From contig JAYZQJ010000009.1 of NCBI GenBank assembly GCA_036149055.1, forward strand, positions 38,436 through 102,435: DNA of 64,000 nucleotides. The letters are read 5' to 3'. Source of the stretch: Myxococcota bacterium. GTDB lineage: Bacteria > Myxococcota_A > Polyangia > Polyangiales > Sandaracinaceae. Of this stretch, positions 1 to 9,497 are shown piece after piece. The notes under the pieces were generated by a model. The model searched no databases and was not told the origin of the DNA. It saw only the letters and a program-made list of their open reading frames with translations. Positions within the stretch are counted from its first letter, which is position 1; every line of letters begins with the position of its first letter. A program made the position numbers and the translations under genes.

Positions 1-748
1 CGTCGCGCTGCGCCGCGTCCACCCGCAGGCGCATCGCGCGGACCGCGGGGAGCTCCTCGGGCCGGCGCAGATCGGCGCGCAGCGAGGCGAGGTCACCGGC
101 GGCTCTCGGGGTCCAGCCGGGCTGACCGACGAGCGCGGCGAGGCGGGCTCTCCCCGCGCTCACGTCGGCCCGCGCGCTCGCGAGCTGCGCGTCGAGCCGG
201 GACAGCTCGAGGGCGACCCGCGCCTGGTCGTAGCGGCTCTGCGCGCCCTCCGCGGCCCGCCCCTCCACGATGCCGCGCGCCCGCTCGAGCTCGGCCCGCG
301 CCGCCTCGAGCCGGCCGACCCGCTCCTGATCCGCGAGCAGCGCCACGAACGCGCGCCGCGCCTCCAGCTCGAGCCCGAGCCGCTCGAGATCGAGCTGGGC
401 GTGGAGCGCGCGCGCGTCCCCGGCGGCGGCGTCACGGCGCGCCTCGTGCTGCGCGGCGAAGAGCAGCGGGAGCTCCACCCACGCGGTGTGCTGCGACCCG
501 TTGATCGCCTGGTCGGTGCCGTCGAAGCGGCCCATGAACTGATAGCCGAGCGACGGGTTCGGGTAGACGCCCGCGAGGTCGACCTCGGCGTCGGCGACCG
601 CGCCTCGCGACCGGAGCGCGTGCGCGGCCGGGCTGCGTTCGCGGACGAGGCTCACGACCTCGGCCAGGGTCACCTCCTCCTGGGCGCGCGCTCCGACGCT
701 CGGCGCCGAGAGACACACCACCGCGATCATCGCCATCCAGCGGGTCAT
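1..748 (-). CDS. TolC/CzcC-family outer membrane efflux protein (runs off the left edge)
   Basis: Hand translation MTRWMAMIAVVCLSAPSVGARAQEEVTLAEVVSLVRERSP...YPNPSLG; signal peptide; ATG overlaps the RND stop (ATGA); last gene of the adaptor-RND operon. Confidence 0.85.
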   Translation of the reverse strand, partial: MTRWMAMIAVVCLSAPSVGARAQEEVTLAEVVSLVRERSPAAHALRSRGAVADAEVDLAGVYPNPSLGYQFMGRFDGTDQAINGSQHTAWVELPLLFAAQHEARRDAAAGDARALHAQLDLERLGLELEARRAFVALLADQERVGRLEAARAELERARGIVEGRAAEGAQSRYDQARVALELSRLDAQLASARADVSAGRARLAALVGQPGWTPRAAGDLASLRADLRRPEELPAVRAMRLRVDAAQRD

Positions 749-3700
749 CGCGCCACCTCCTCGACCAGGCTCACCTCGGGCGTGTCTTCTTCGAGCGTGC
801 GCGGGCCGAGCAGGCGATAGAGCGCCGGCAACAGGAAGAGGGCCACCGCGAGGGTCGACGCCATGCCTCCGACGATCACGAGCGCGAAGGGGCGCTGCGT
901 CTCGCTGCCGACCCCCGTGCCGAGCGCCATCGGGATCAGCCCGAGCATCGCCAGGAGCGCGGTCATCAGCACGGCCCGGAAGCGCTGCGTCGCCCCCTCG
1001 CGGATCGCGTCGAGGCGGTCGAGCCCACCGCGCCATCGCTGCTCGATGGCGGAGAGCACCAGCAGCCCCGCCAGCGACACCTGCCCCAGCAGCGCGATGA
1101 AGCCGATGGCGGCGCTGACCGACAGGGAGATGTCGGCGAGCGCGAGCGAGAAGACGCCGCCGGTCATCGCGAACGGGGCGAGCGTCAGGATCACGCCCGC
1201 GCTCCGCAGCGAGCCGAGCGCGGAGTAGAGCAGGCCGAGCACGACCAGCAGGCAGAGCGGGACGATCATCGAGAGGCGCGCCATCGCGCGCTGCTGGTTC
1301 TCGAACTCGCCCGACCACTCGAAGTAGTGGCCCTCCGGAGGCGTCACGCCGGCGTCGACCGCGGCCATCGCCTCGTCGATCACCGAGCCGATGTCACGCC
1401 CCTGCACGTTGAACTTCAGCGCCATCCAGCGGCTGTTCTGCTCGCGGTTGATCGAGGCGCGGCCGGTGCGGACCTCGATGCGCGCCAGGTCGCGGAGCGG
1501 CACCCGCGCGCCTCCCGGTCCGGGCACCAGCATCTCGCCGATCCGGTCGACGTCGCTGCGCTCGCTCGCCGGCGCCATGACCCGCACGGGGATCGGTCGC
1601 TCGCCCACCCAGACCTCGTTCACCACGAGCCCGGCCAGCGCCGTCTCGAGGGCCCGCTGCGCGTCCTCGACCCGGATGCCCTCGCGCGCGAGGGCGGCGC
1701 GGTCCAGCTCGACCTGCAGCTGCGGCATGGTGGTGTCCCGGTAGATGCCGAGGTCCACGACGCCGTCGATCCCGGAGAGCACGTCGACCGCCTGCGACAG
1801 GGCCGCGCGGGTGGCCTCGAGATCCTCGCCGAACATCTTGAGCACGACCTGCCCGCGCACGCCGCTGCCGGACTCCTCGACGTTGTCCTTGATGGGCTGG
1901 GAGAAGTTGAAGGTGAGGCCCGGGATGGCCGCGAGCGACGCGCGCATCTCGTCGACCAGCGACTCCTTCGTGACCCCCGGTCGCCACTCCTCGCGCGGCC
2001 GCAGCCTCACGATCGTCTCGCACATGTTGACCGCCTCGTTGTCGGTGCCGTCCTCGGGGCGACCCTGCTCGCTGAGCGTGACCATCACCTCGGGGAAGGT
2101 CAGCAGGCGCCGTCGGACCTCGGTCAGCAGATCGCGCCCCTCCTCCAGGGAGACGCTGTTCGGCAGCTCGATGAAGACGACCATGTCGCCCTCGTCGAGC
2201 TGCGGGAGGAACTCCGTGCCCAGGTGGCCGCCGACCCCGAGCCCCGCGAGCAGGAGCACCGCGCCGGCCGCGAGCGGCGCGAGGGGACGCGCGACGAGCC
2301 ACCCGACGGCGCGCCGGTAGCGCTCGCGCATCCAGCGCACGGACGCCGGCTCCTTCAGCTCGGCGTCCTTGGCCCGGAGCGAGACCGCGAGCAGCGCCGG
2401 CACCACCGTGAAGGCGAAGACGAGCGCCGCGATGAGCGCGAACGAGTAGGTGACCGCGAGCGGCTGGAAGATCCGCCCCTCCACGCGCTCCAGGGAGAAG
2501 ATCGGCACCAGCGCCGCGATGATGATGGCCATCGCGTAGAGCGTCGGCCGGGCCACGTCGACCGCCGCGCGGACGACGACGCCGAGGATCTGCCGCCGCG
2601 ACTTCGGTCTCGAGACGTGCATCTCGTGCAGCACGTTCTCGACGAGCACCACCGCGCCGTCGACGAGGATGCCGAAGTCGATCGCGCCCATCGAGATGAG
2701 GTTCGCGGGCATGCCGATCAGGTGGAGCCCGATGAACGCGCTCAGGAGGGAGAGCGGGATGATGACGGTGACGATCAGCGAGCCCCGCCACATCCGCAGG
2801 AACAGCCAGACCACCCCCAGCACCAGCAGGAACCCCTCGAGCAGGCTGCGGTGCACGGTGCCGAGCGTGTTGTCGACGAGCCGGCCCCGGTCGTAGACCA
2901 CCTCCAGCTGCATGCCCTCGGGGAGCACGCGCTCCTCGAGCATGTCGAACTTCTGCCGCAGCTCCTCGAGCACCTCCGAGGGGTTCGCGCCGCGGCGCAT
3001 GAGCACGACGAACTCGACGACCTCGCTCTGCTCGTTCAGCCCGACCGTGCCGCGCCGCGGGGTCGCCGACTGCACGATCTGGGCGACGTCGCCGACCACG
3101 ACCGGGAGCCCGTCTTCGCGCCGGATCACGACCGCCGCCAGGTCCTCGGGATCGGTGGCCATGCCCACGCCGCGGATGCCGAGCTCCTGCTCGCCGGTGC
3201 GCATGAAGCCCCCGCCGACGTTGACGCTGGCCTGCTCGAGGGCCTCGGCGACCTCGGCGAGCGTGAGCCCGTGCGCTTCGAGCCGCGCCGGGTCGGCGCG
3301 CACGTGCCACTCCTCGAGGTAGCCGCCGAAGGGGTTCACGCCGGCGACGCCGGGGACCTGACGCAGGATGCGCGGCACCGTCCACTCCGCGGCCGCCCGC
3401 AGCTCGTAGAGATCGTGGCGGTCGCTCGAGATCCGCACGAAGAGGACCTCGCCGAGCGGCGTCGCGTCGGCGGCCAGCTCGATCGACGCCTGGTCCGGCA
3501 CGTCGGCGATCGCGAGGCGCTCCTGGATCAGCATGCGCGACCGGAAGACGTCGGCGTCGTCTTCGAAGGTGATGAAGATGAGCGACAGCCCGAAGAGGCT
3601 CTCGCTCCGCATCGAGATCGCGCCGGGGACGCCGTTGAGCGCGCGCTCGAGCGGGACGGTGAGGCGGCGCTCGATCTCCTCGGGCGCGAGGCCGGGGATC

Positions 3701-3855
3701 TGCCCGATCACGTTGACCTGGAGGTTCGTGACGTCGGGGAACGCCTCGATCGGCGTCCGGAGATACGCGTTGACGCCGTAGGCGGCGATCGCGGCGGTGA
3801 TGACGATGGCGGCGAGGCGCCGCTCGACGCACAGACGGACGAGTCGGTGAAGCAT
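745..3855 (-). CDS. CzcA/CusA-family heavy-metal RND efflux permease
   Basis: 1036 aa; PIEAFPDVT; TM4 GAIDFGILVDGAVVLVEN (CzcA-like DFG...D...EN); RFRAVLMTALLAMLGLIPMA. Confidence 0.95.
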   Translation of the reverse strand: MLHRLVRLCVERRLAAIVITAAIAAYGVNAYLRTPIEAFPDVTNLQVNVIGQIPGLAPEEIERRLTVPLERALNGVPGAISMRSESLFGLSLIFITFEDDADVFRSRMLIQERLAIADVPDQASIELAADATPLGEVLFVRISSDRHDLYELRAAAEWTVPRILRQVPGVAGVNPFGGYLEEWHVRADPARLEAHGLTLAEVAEALEQASVNVGGGFMRTGEQELGIRGVGMATDPEDLAAVVIRREDGLPVVVGDVAQIVQSATPRRGTVGLNEQSEVVEFVVLMRRGANPSEVLEELRQKFDMLEERVLPEGMQLEVVYDRGRLVDNTLGTVHRSLLEGFLLVLGVVWLFLRMWRGSLIVTVIIPLSLLSAFIGLHLIGMPANLISMGAIDFGILVDGAVVLVENVLHEMHVSRPKSRRQILGVVVRAAVDVARPTLYAMAIIIAALVPIFSLERVEGRIFQPLAVTYSFALIAALVFAFTVVPALLAVSLRAKDAELKEPASVRWMRERYRRAVGWLVARPLAPLAAGAVLLLAGLGVGGHLGTEFLPQLDEGDMVVFIELPNSVSLEEGRDLLTEVRRRLLTFPEVMVTLSEQGRPEDGTDNEAVNMCETIVRLRPREEWRPGVTKESLVDEMRASLAAIPGLTFNFSQPIKDNVEESGSGVRGQVVLKMFGEDLEATRAALSQAVDVLSGIDGVVDLGIYRDTTMPQLQVELDRAALAREGIRVEDAQRALETALAGLVVNEVWVGERPIPVRVMAPASERSDVDRIGEMLVPGPGGARVPLRDLARIEVRTGRASINREQNSRWMALKFNVQGRDIGSVIDEAMAAVDAGVTPPEGHYFEWSGEFENQQRAMARLSMIVPLCLLVVLGLLYSALGSLRSAGVILTLAPFAMTGGVFSLALADISLSVSAAIGFIALLGQVSLAGLLVLSAIEQRWRGGLDRLDAIREGATQRFRAVLMTALLAMLGLIPMALGTGVGSETQRPFALVIVGGMASTLAVALFLLPALYRLLGPRTLEEDTPEVSLVEEVAR

Positions 3856-3870
3856 GACGTCCTCGGGGGA

Positions 3871-4998
3871 TCAGCGGAGGAGCTCGGCCTGGCCGTCGAG
3901 CAGGAGCGCGCCGCGGGTCACGAGCTGCTCACCGCGCTCGAGCCCCGAGAGCACGGGCACGCGTCCCCCCACCGCCGCGCCCACCTGGACCTCGCGGGCC
4001 TCGAAGGTGCGCGGGCCGCGCGCGACGAAGACCACGGTGCGGCCGCCGTCCTTGATGAGCACGCTCGACGTCGGGATGCCGAGGCCCGCCTCGCCGGCCT
4101 CGATCTCGGCGCGCGCGTACATCCCGGCGCGCAGCCGCCCGCCGAGCGCGTCGGTGAACGACAGGTAGACCGGCGCCCGGCGCGTCTCCGCGTCGACCGC
4201 GCCCCCGACCGCCTCGACGCGCGCCGTGACCGGCTCGCCGAGGGCGTGGATCGAGACGCGGGCCTCGGCGCCGACCTCGATCAGCGGCAGCTCCCGCTCG
4301 AACACCTGCGCCTGCACCCAGAGGGCGTCGGGCTCTCCGATCACCAGCAGCGGCTCTCCCCCCGAGTCCACCGCCGCGCCGAGGCTCGCGCGCCGCACCA
4401 GCACGGTCCCCGAGATCGGGCTGCGCACCGTGACCGACGCCGCCGCGCCGCGGCCGATCGACCCGCTGGTGGCGGTGAGCGCCGACAGCATCGCGCGCGC
4501 CTCGGCGAGGCTCGCCTCCGCCCGCACGCGATCGCTCTCGATCCCCACGCCCCGCGCGGCGAGCTGCTCTTGTCGCGCCAGCTCGGTCTCCGCCGCCCGA
4601 CGCATCACCCGGGCCCGCGCCAGATCACCGCGGAGCTGCGCGGCCGAGGGGCTGGCGATGGTGACGAGCGGGTCGCCCTCCGCCACCCGCTGCCCGACCT
4701 GCGCGTGCACCGCGGTGACGCGCCCGTCGACCGGCGCGCCGACCTCGGACACGGCGCCCTCGCGGAAGGCGACCAGCCCGGGCGCGTGGATGAGGGTGTC
4801 GACCGCGTCGGCGCCGACCTCCTCCACCACCACGAAGGGCATCGACTCCGCGAGGATGCGGAGCGCGCCGCCGTCCACCGCGGTCGCGGTCTGGGGGCGG
4901 AAGTCGGGGGCCTGCGCCTCGGCGCCATCACCGCAGCCGGCGGCCGCGATCCCGAGCGTCGCGACGAGGGCCGCATGGTGAGTCAGTGAGAAGCTCAT
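3871..4998 (-). CDS. RND efflux periplasmic adaptor (CzcB-like) lipoprotein
   Basis: Lipobox AAGC; APVDGRV..VGQRVAEGDPL; VRSPISGTV; GLERGEQLVTRGALLL; start moved to MSFSL. Confidence 0.9.
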   Translation of the reverse strand: MSFSLTHHAALVATLGIAAAGCGDGAEAQAPDFRPQTATAVDGGALRILAESMPFVVVEEVGADAVDTLIHAPGLVAFREGAVSEVGAPVDGRVTAVHAQVGQRVAEGDPLVTIASPSAAQLRGDLARARVMRRAAETELARQEQLAARGVGIESDRVRAEASLAEARAMLSALTATSGSIGRGAAASVTVRSPISGTVLVRRASLGAAVDSGGEPLLVIGEPDALWVQAQVFERELPLIEVGAEARVSIHALGEPVTARVEAVGGAVDAETRRAPVYLSFTDALGGRLRAGMYARAEIEAGEAGLGIPTSSVLIKDGGRTVVFVARGPRTFEAREVQVGAAVGGRVPVLSGLERGEQLVTRGALLLDGQAELLR

Positions 4999-5011
4999 GC
5001 GGCCGGCGCAG

Positions 5012-5027
5012 TGCAGCCGTCGTGCCG
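5012..5027 (-). promoter_or_regulatory. sigma-54 (-24/-12) promoter of the RND operon
   Basis: Minus strand CGGCACG-ACGG-CTGCA (GG-N10-GC); a sigma-54 activator is encoded next door. Confidence 0.7.
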
Positions 5028-5088
5028 ACGCATGGTTCGTGCGAGGGGAGGCCCTCATGGCCCCGATTTCCCCAAGTCGCCGGGCGAA

Positions 5089-5107
5089 GCGTTGCGAGAT
5101 ACAACGC
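5089..5107. promoter_or_regulatory. Palindromic candidate enhancer (UAS) for the NtrC-family regulator
   Basis: GCGTTG-CGAGATA-CAACGC, about 90-105 bp upstream of the predicted sigma-54 start. Confidence 0.55.
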
Positions 5108-5116
5108 TCGCGTTGG

Positions 5117-6601
5117 ATGTTGCGACGACTCTCGCTGTCCTCTCGGCTCACGCTCGCCCTCTCGGCCAGCGCTCTCCTCCTGCTCGGCGGGGGCGGGTTC
5201 TGGCAGGTGTCGGCCGAGGAGAGCGATCTGCGGCGCGCGGTCGAGCGCGAGCTGCGGCTGCTCGGACGGAGCCTCCAGGTCGCCTTCGAGAACGCGCTGC
5301 GAGATCGTCAGCCCGAGGACGTCGAGGAGACGCTGCGGGAGCTCGAGCGCATCGACCCCGCGGTCGACATCTTCGTCTACGAGCGGAACGGTCGCCTGCT
5401 CGCCGCCTCCACCGGCGCGGTGGAGCCTCCCGGCGGTGACGCCCCCGCGCCGCGCTCGGAGGTCCGCTTCCGCACTGAGCTCGAGCGCCCGGTGGTCGAG
5501 CTCCGGCTCCCGCTCCGCATCGTCGCCGGCCAGCCTCCGGCGACCCTCGTCCTCACCCAGCCGCTGCGCGGCATGAACGCCGACCTCGCCGCGACCCGGG
5601 AGCGCGTGATCCTGTCGACCGGCGCGTTCGTCCTCGTGGTGCTGCTCGTGACGCTCGCCGCGTCGCGCTACTGGGTGAGCCGACCGCTCGGTCGCATGGT
5701 CGAGCGGATGCGGCGGGTGCGCGCCGGAGATCTCTCGCCGCCGGCGCGGGGCGCGCGTCCCGCCGGCGACGAGGTCGGGGCGACGCTCGACGAGTTCGAC
5801 GCCCTGGTGCGCGACCTCGCGGAGACCCGGACCCGGCTCGAGGCCCAGGAGGAGCGCCGGCGTCAGCTCGAGCTCGCCCTCCGCGAGGTCGACAAGCTCG
5901 CGACGGTGGGGCAGCTCGCGGCCGGGCTCGCCCACGAGGTCGGCTCGCCGCTCCAGATCCTCGACGGGCGGATCGCGGGGCTCGCGGCCAAGGCCGACGA
6001 CCCCGCCGAGACCCGCCGGCTCGCGCGCATCCTGGGCGAGCAGACCCAGCGGATCACGCGCATCGTCTCGCGGCTCACCGACCTGGCGCGGCGGCGCGTC
6101 GCCCCGGCCCGCTGGGTGGAGGTGGCGCCGCCGGTCGGCACCGTGGTCGAGCTGCTCGGCGGCGAGGCGCGGCGGCGCGGGGTCGAGCTGACCCTCGAGG
6201 TCCCGGGCCCCGTCCCGCGCGTGCACGGCGACCCGGACTCGCTCCAGCAGGTGGCCCTGAACCTCTTGCGGAACGCGCTCGAGGCCACCCCGTCGGGCGG
6301 CCGCATCACCGTCCGGATCGAGCGCGGCGAGCTCGAGCGCGCCGGCGGCGGGACCGCGCCCTCGGCGCGGATCGAGGTGCGCGACACCGGCCGGGGCATG
6401 GACGCCGAGGCGCTCGAGCGCGCCTTCGAGGCGTTCTTCACGACCCGCGCCCCCGAGGGCTCGGGGCTCGGGCTCGCGGTGGTGAAGGGGATCGTCGACG
6501 ACCACGGCGGGCGCATCCGCGCGGAGTCGGAGCTCGGGCGCGGCACTCGCTTCGTCGTCGATCTGCCCGGTGAAGAGGGAGGCCGAAGTGACACGGCGTA
6601 G
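5117..6601 (+). CDS. HAMP-domain sensor histidine kinase
   Basis: Two TM segments; H-box LAAGLAHEVGSPL; N-box NLLRNALEA; DTGRGM; FFTT; GSGLGL. Confidence 0.93.
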   Translation: MLRRLSLSSRLTLALSASALLLLGGGGFWQVSAEESDLRRAVERELRLLGRSLQVAFENALRDRQPEDVEETLRELERIDPAVDIFVYERNGRLLAASTGAVEPPGGDAPAPRSEVRFRTELERPVVELRLPLRIVAGQPPATLVLTQPLRGMNADLAATRERVILSTGAFVLVVLLVTLAASRYWVSRPLGRMVERMRRVRAGDLSPPARGARPAGDEVGATLDEFDALVRDLAETRTRLEAQEERRRQLELALREVDKLATVGQLAAGLAHEVGSPLQILDGRIAGLAAKADDPAETRRLARILGEQTQRITRIVSRLTDLARRRVAPARWVEVAPPVGTVVELLGGEARRRGVELTLEVPGPVPRVHGDPDSLQQVALNLLRNALEATPSGGRITVRIERGELERAGGGTAPSARIEVRDTGRGMDAEALERAFEAFFTTRAPEGSGLGLAVVKGIVDDHGGRIRAESELGRGTRFVVDLPGEEGGRSDTA

Positions 6602-7946
6602 GTCGCTGCTCGTCGTCGACGACGACCCGGGCGTGGTCGAGTGGCTGGTCGAGGCGCTGGGCGAGCGCGAGTTCGACGTGGAGGGCGTCACCGATCCCCG
6701 GCGGGCCCTGGAGCGCGTCGGCGAGCGGGCGTTCGACCTCGTGGTCTCGGACGTCGAGATGCCGGCGATGCGCGGCCTGGAGCTGGTCGAGGCGATCCAC
6801 GCGCGCCGCGCGGAGCAGCTCGTGGTCCTCATCACCGCGTTCGGCTCGATCGAGCTCGCGATGAAGTGCGTGCGGGCCGGCGCCTCGGACTTCCTCGCCA
6901 AGCCGTTCACCATCGACGCGCTGGTGCACGCCATCGAGCGGACGCTGCGCGAGCGGCGCATGAAGCGGGAGATCGTCCGGCTGCGGAGCACGCGGGCCTC
7001 CGGCGCGGGCGCCGGCGACCTGGTGGCCGAGAGCGCGGCGATGAAGGCGGCGCTCGACCTCGCGCGCCGGGCCGCCCGGGCCTCGTCCCCGGTGCTGCTC
7101 AGCGGCGAGACCGGGGTCGGCAAGAGCGCCCTCGCGCGCTTCATCCACGCGCGCAGCGAGCGCGCCTCACGCGACCTCGTCCAGCTCAACTGCGCGGCGC
7201 TGCCGGCGGGGCTGGTCGAGGCCGAGCTCTTCGGCGTGCGCAAGGGCGCGTTCACGGACGCGCGCCACGACCGGCCCGGCCTCTTCGCGCTGGCGGACGG
7301 CGGCACGCTCTTCCTGGACGAGGTCGGGGAGATGGCGCTCGAGGTCCAGCCGAAGCTGCTCCTCGCGCTCGACCGCAGCGCCTTCCGTCCGGTCGGCGGC
7401 GGTGACGAGGTCCGCTTCGACGTCCGCCTCGTCGCGGCGACCAACCGCCCGCCCGAGGAGGCCGTGCGCGAGGGCCGCCTGCGCGCCGACCTCTACCACC
7501 GGCTCAACGTGATCCAGATCGACGTCCCGCCGCTGCGCGAGCGGCTCGCGGACATCCCGCCGCTCGTCGACCAGATCCTGCACGCCCTCGGCGAGCGCGC
7601 CGGGAGGACGGTGCTCGGGGTCAGCGACGAGGCGATGCGCTGGCTCTGCGGCCGGGCGTGGCCGGGCAACGTGCGCGAGCTCGCCAACGTGATCGAGCGC
7701 GCGGTGATGCTCAGCGACCACGACGTGCTCGTGATCGAAGACTTCCTGCGCGGCGGCCGCCCCACCGACCCCGACGCCGGCTTCCTCGAGCGCGCCGCCG
7801 AACAAGGCATCGAGCTGTCCGAGCTCGAGCGCCGCTACATCGAGCTCGTGCTTTACCGCTGCGGAGGCAACAAAGCCAAAGCCTCCCGCGTCCTCGGCAT
7901 CGACCGCAGCACCCTGTGGCGCAAGCTCTCGACCCCTCGGAGCTGA
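6588..7946 (+). CDS. sigma-54-dependent (NtrC-family) response regulator
   Basis: Receiver (VVDDD, SDVEMP, KPF); GETGVGKS; ELFG..GAFTDA; LFLDEVGE; WPGNVREL; Fis-type HTH. Confidence 0.95.
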   Translation: MTRRRSLLVVDDDPGVVEWLVEALGEREFDVEGVTDPRRALERVGERAFDLVVSDVEMPAMRGLELVEAIHARRAEQLVVLITAFGSIELAMKCVRAGASDFLAKPFTIDALVHAIERTLRERRMKREIVRLRSTRASGAGAGDLVAESAAMKAALDLARRAARASSPVLLSGETGVGKSALARFIHARSERASRDLVQLNCAALPAGLVEAELFGVRKGAFTDARHDRPGLFALADGGTLFLDEVGEMALEVQPKLLLALDRSAFRPVGGGDEVRFDVRLVAATNRPPEEAVREGRLRADLYHRLNVIQIDVPPLRERLADIPPLVDQILHALGERAGRTVLGVSDEAMRWLCGRAWPGNVRELANVIERAVMLSDHDVLVIEDFLRGGRPTDPDAGFLERAAEQGIELSELERRYIELVLYRCGGNKAKASRVLGIDRSTLWRKLSTPRS

Positions 7947-7973
7947 CCTCGCTCGCGGAGGGGGGGACCGCGG

Positions 7974-8023
7974 AGGGGGGGACGGAGTGAACTTGTGAAC
8001 TTGCGTAGTTCGAATGACTACAG
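7974..8023 (+). repeat. Dispersed intergenic repeat, copy 1
   Basis: G(n)ACGGAGTGAACTTGTGAACTTGCGTAGTTCGAATGACTACAG, nearly identical to 12986-13034. Confidence 0.85.
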
Positions 8024-8084
8024 GCGCAGCTCTCATCGACTCGTTTGACGCTCCTCGCCGCGGTGTGGAAGTTTCCGTGTCCTC

Positions 8085-8900
8085 ATGAAGACGCAGTACT
8101 CCTTCGCCCTCGTCCTGCTCACCCTCGCGGCCGCCGTCGGCTGCGGAGACGACCCCGGCCCGGCCGACGCGTGCGTCGCCGCCTGCGAGCCCGACAGTGG
8201 CCCGGCCGACAGTGGCCCGGCCGACAGTGGCCTGACCGACAGCGGCGTGGACAGCGGCGTGATGGAGCTGTGCGAGGGCGACGACGCGACCGGTGACACC
8301 GACGCCGACGGCGTGTGCGACGACCTCGACGCCTGCACGGGCGATGACGCCACCGGGGACGCGGACGAAGACGGCGTGTGCGACGACATGGACGCGTGCG
8401 CGGGCGACGACGCGACGGGCGACGCGGACGTCGACGGCGTGTGCGACGACATGGACGCGTGCACGGGCGACGACGCGACGGGCGACGCGGACGAAGACGG
8501 CGTGTGCGACGACGTCGACGCTTGCCCGGGCCAGGACGACGCGATCCTGAGCGCGCCCGTCCTGCCGCCCTTCGACCTCGACGTGGTCGCGGTCTCGCTC
8601 GACCCCGGGGCGGCCGGCGACAACACCGTGCGCGCCTCCCTCAGCAACGGCGGCGCCAATTCCCTCGACGGCACGGCGGTGACCCTCCAGTACTCCGCCG
8701 ACGGCGGCAGCACCTGGCCGGTGACCCAGACGTTCGTCCCCAGCGGTCTCGGCGCGACCTGCGACACCGAAGAGGTCGCCTTCACCGCGCCGCTCGCCGC
8801 CGGCTCGGGAACCGTCGAGCTCTGCGTTCGCGTCAACCCGCAGGTCGCCGGGGACCCCGACGCGGCCGATCAGCGCTGCGCGACGATCACGATCCCGTAG
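8085..8900 (+). CDS. Lipoprotein with Asp/Cys-rich thrombospondin type-3-like Ca-binding repeats
   Basis: Lipobox AVGC; four repeats of CxGDDATGDxDxDGVCDDxDA. Confidence 0.8.
   Translation: MKTQYSFALVLLTLAAAVGCGDDPGPADACVAACEPDSGPADSGPADSGLTDSGVDSGVMELCEGDDATGDTDADGVCDDLDACTGDDATGDADEDGVCDDMDACAGDDATGDADVDGVCDDMDACTGDDATGDADEDGVCDDVDACPGQDDAILSAPVLPPFDLDVVAVSLDPGAAGDNTVRASLSNGGANSLDGTAVTLQYSADGGSTWPVTQTFVPSGLGATCDTEEVAFTAPLAAGSGTVELCVRVNPQVAGDPDAADQRCATITIP
8271..8522 (+). repeat. Four in-frame 63-bp tandem repeats
   Basis: Units start at 8271, 8334, 8397 and 8460, with a partial fifth at 8523. Confidence 0.9.
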
Positions 8901-8904
8901 CGCA

Positions 8905-9423
8905 GTGGAAGCGACCCGACGGAGACCGGCCCGGCAAAGCGTGCCGGCGCAGGCCGATGTCTCATGGGCAGAGTCTCGTCTGGGCTTCAGCCTTCCGGAC
9001 GCCTACGTCGAGTATGCATCGACGTGGGGCCGTGCCGTTCTCTCGGACCTGATCTACGTCTTCGTGCCGACCAGAGCCGTTCCGGACAACATCGTCGTCG
9101 GGCAGAGTCAGCGCCAGGCGACGCTGTCAGACATCGACGCTGGGCTCGCGGAGCTGGAGCCGGATGGGAGTGTCGAACTGGTAGAGCGCTTCGTCATGTT
9201 CGGCATCTCATTCAATGGTCATAGATTCGCCTGGGATGGGGCTAGCCAGGCGGACGATCCCGTCGTCTATGTGGTGGGAGAGAACGCTCTCGGTGTCCGC
9301 AGTGTCGGCGTCGGATTCTCGGGCTTCGTGAATGGCGTGTGTACGCAAGCCTCCAGGCAGCTGCTTGGTCCGGGCTATGGACCGCTGCATCCACAGCTGA
9401 AGCCCTTGCCCATGCGCGAATAG
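8905..9423 (+). CDS. SMI1/KNR4 (SUKH)-family immunity-like protein
   Basis: ADVSWAESRLGFSLPDAYVEY...FGISFNGHRFAWD; visibly lower GC than flanks. Confidence 0.7.
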   Translation: MEATRRRPARQSVPAQADVSWAESRLGFSLPDAYVEYASTWGRAVLSDLIYVFVPTRAVPDNIVVGQSQRQATLSDIDAGLAELEPDGSVELVERFVMFGISFNGHRFAWDGASQADDPVVYVVGENALGVRSVGVGFSGFVNGVCTQASRQLLGPGYGPLHPQLKPLPMRE

Positions 9424-9497
9424 GCCCACCGTTCGCGCCGGCCCGGTGGCTCGAGGCCGCCGGGCATGAGACGCTCGCCACCGGCGAGCGTCATGCG

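Noticed and set aside
1327..4989. Very long antisense or alternate-frame ORFs (also 25781-29830, 31891-34647, 55261-58512 and the 5' parts of 50520-54422 and 58509-63815)
   Set aside because: Shadow ORFs caused by high GC3 codon bias; they overlap well-supported genes and have no recognisable motifs
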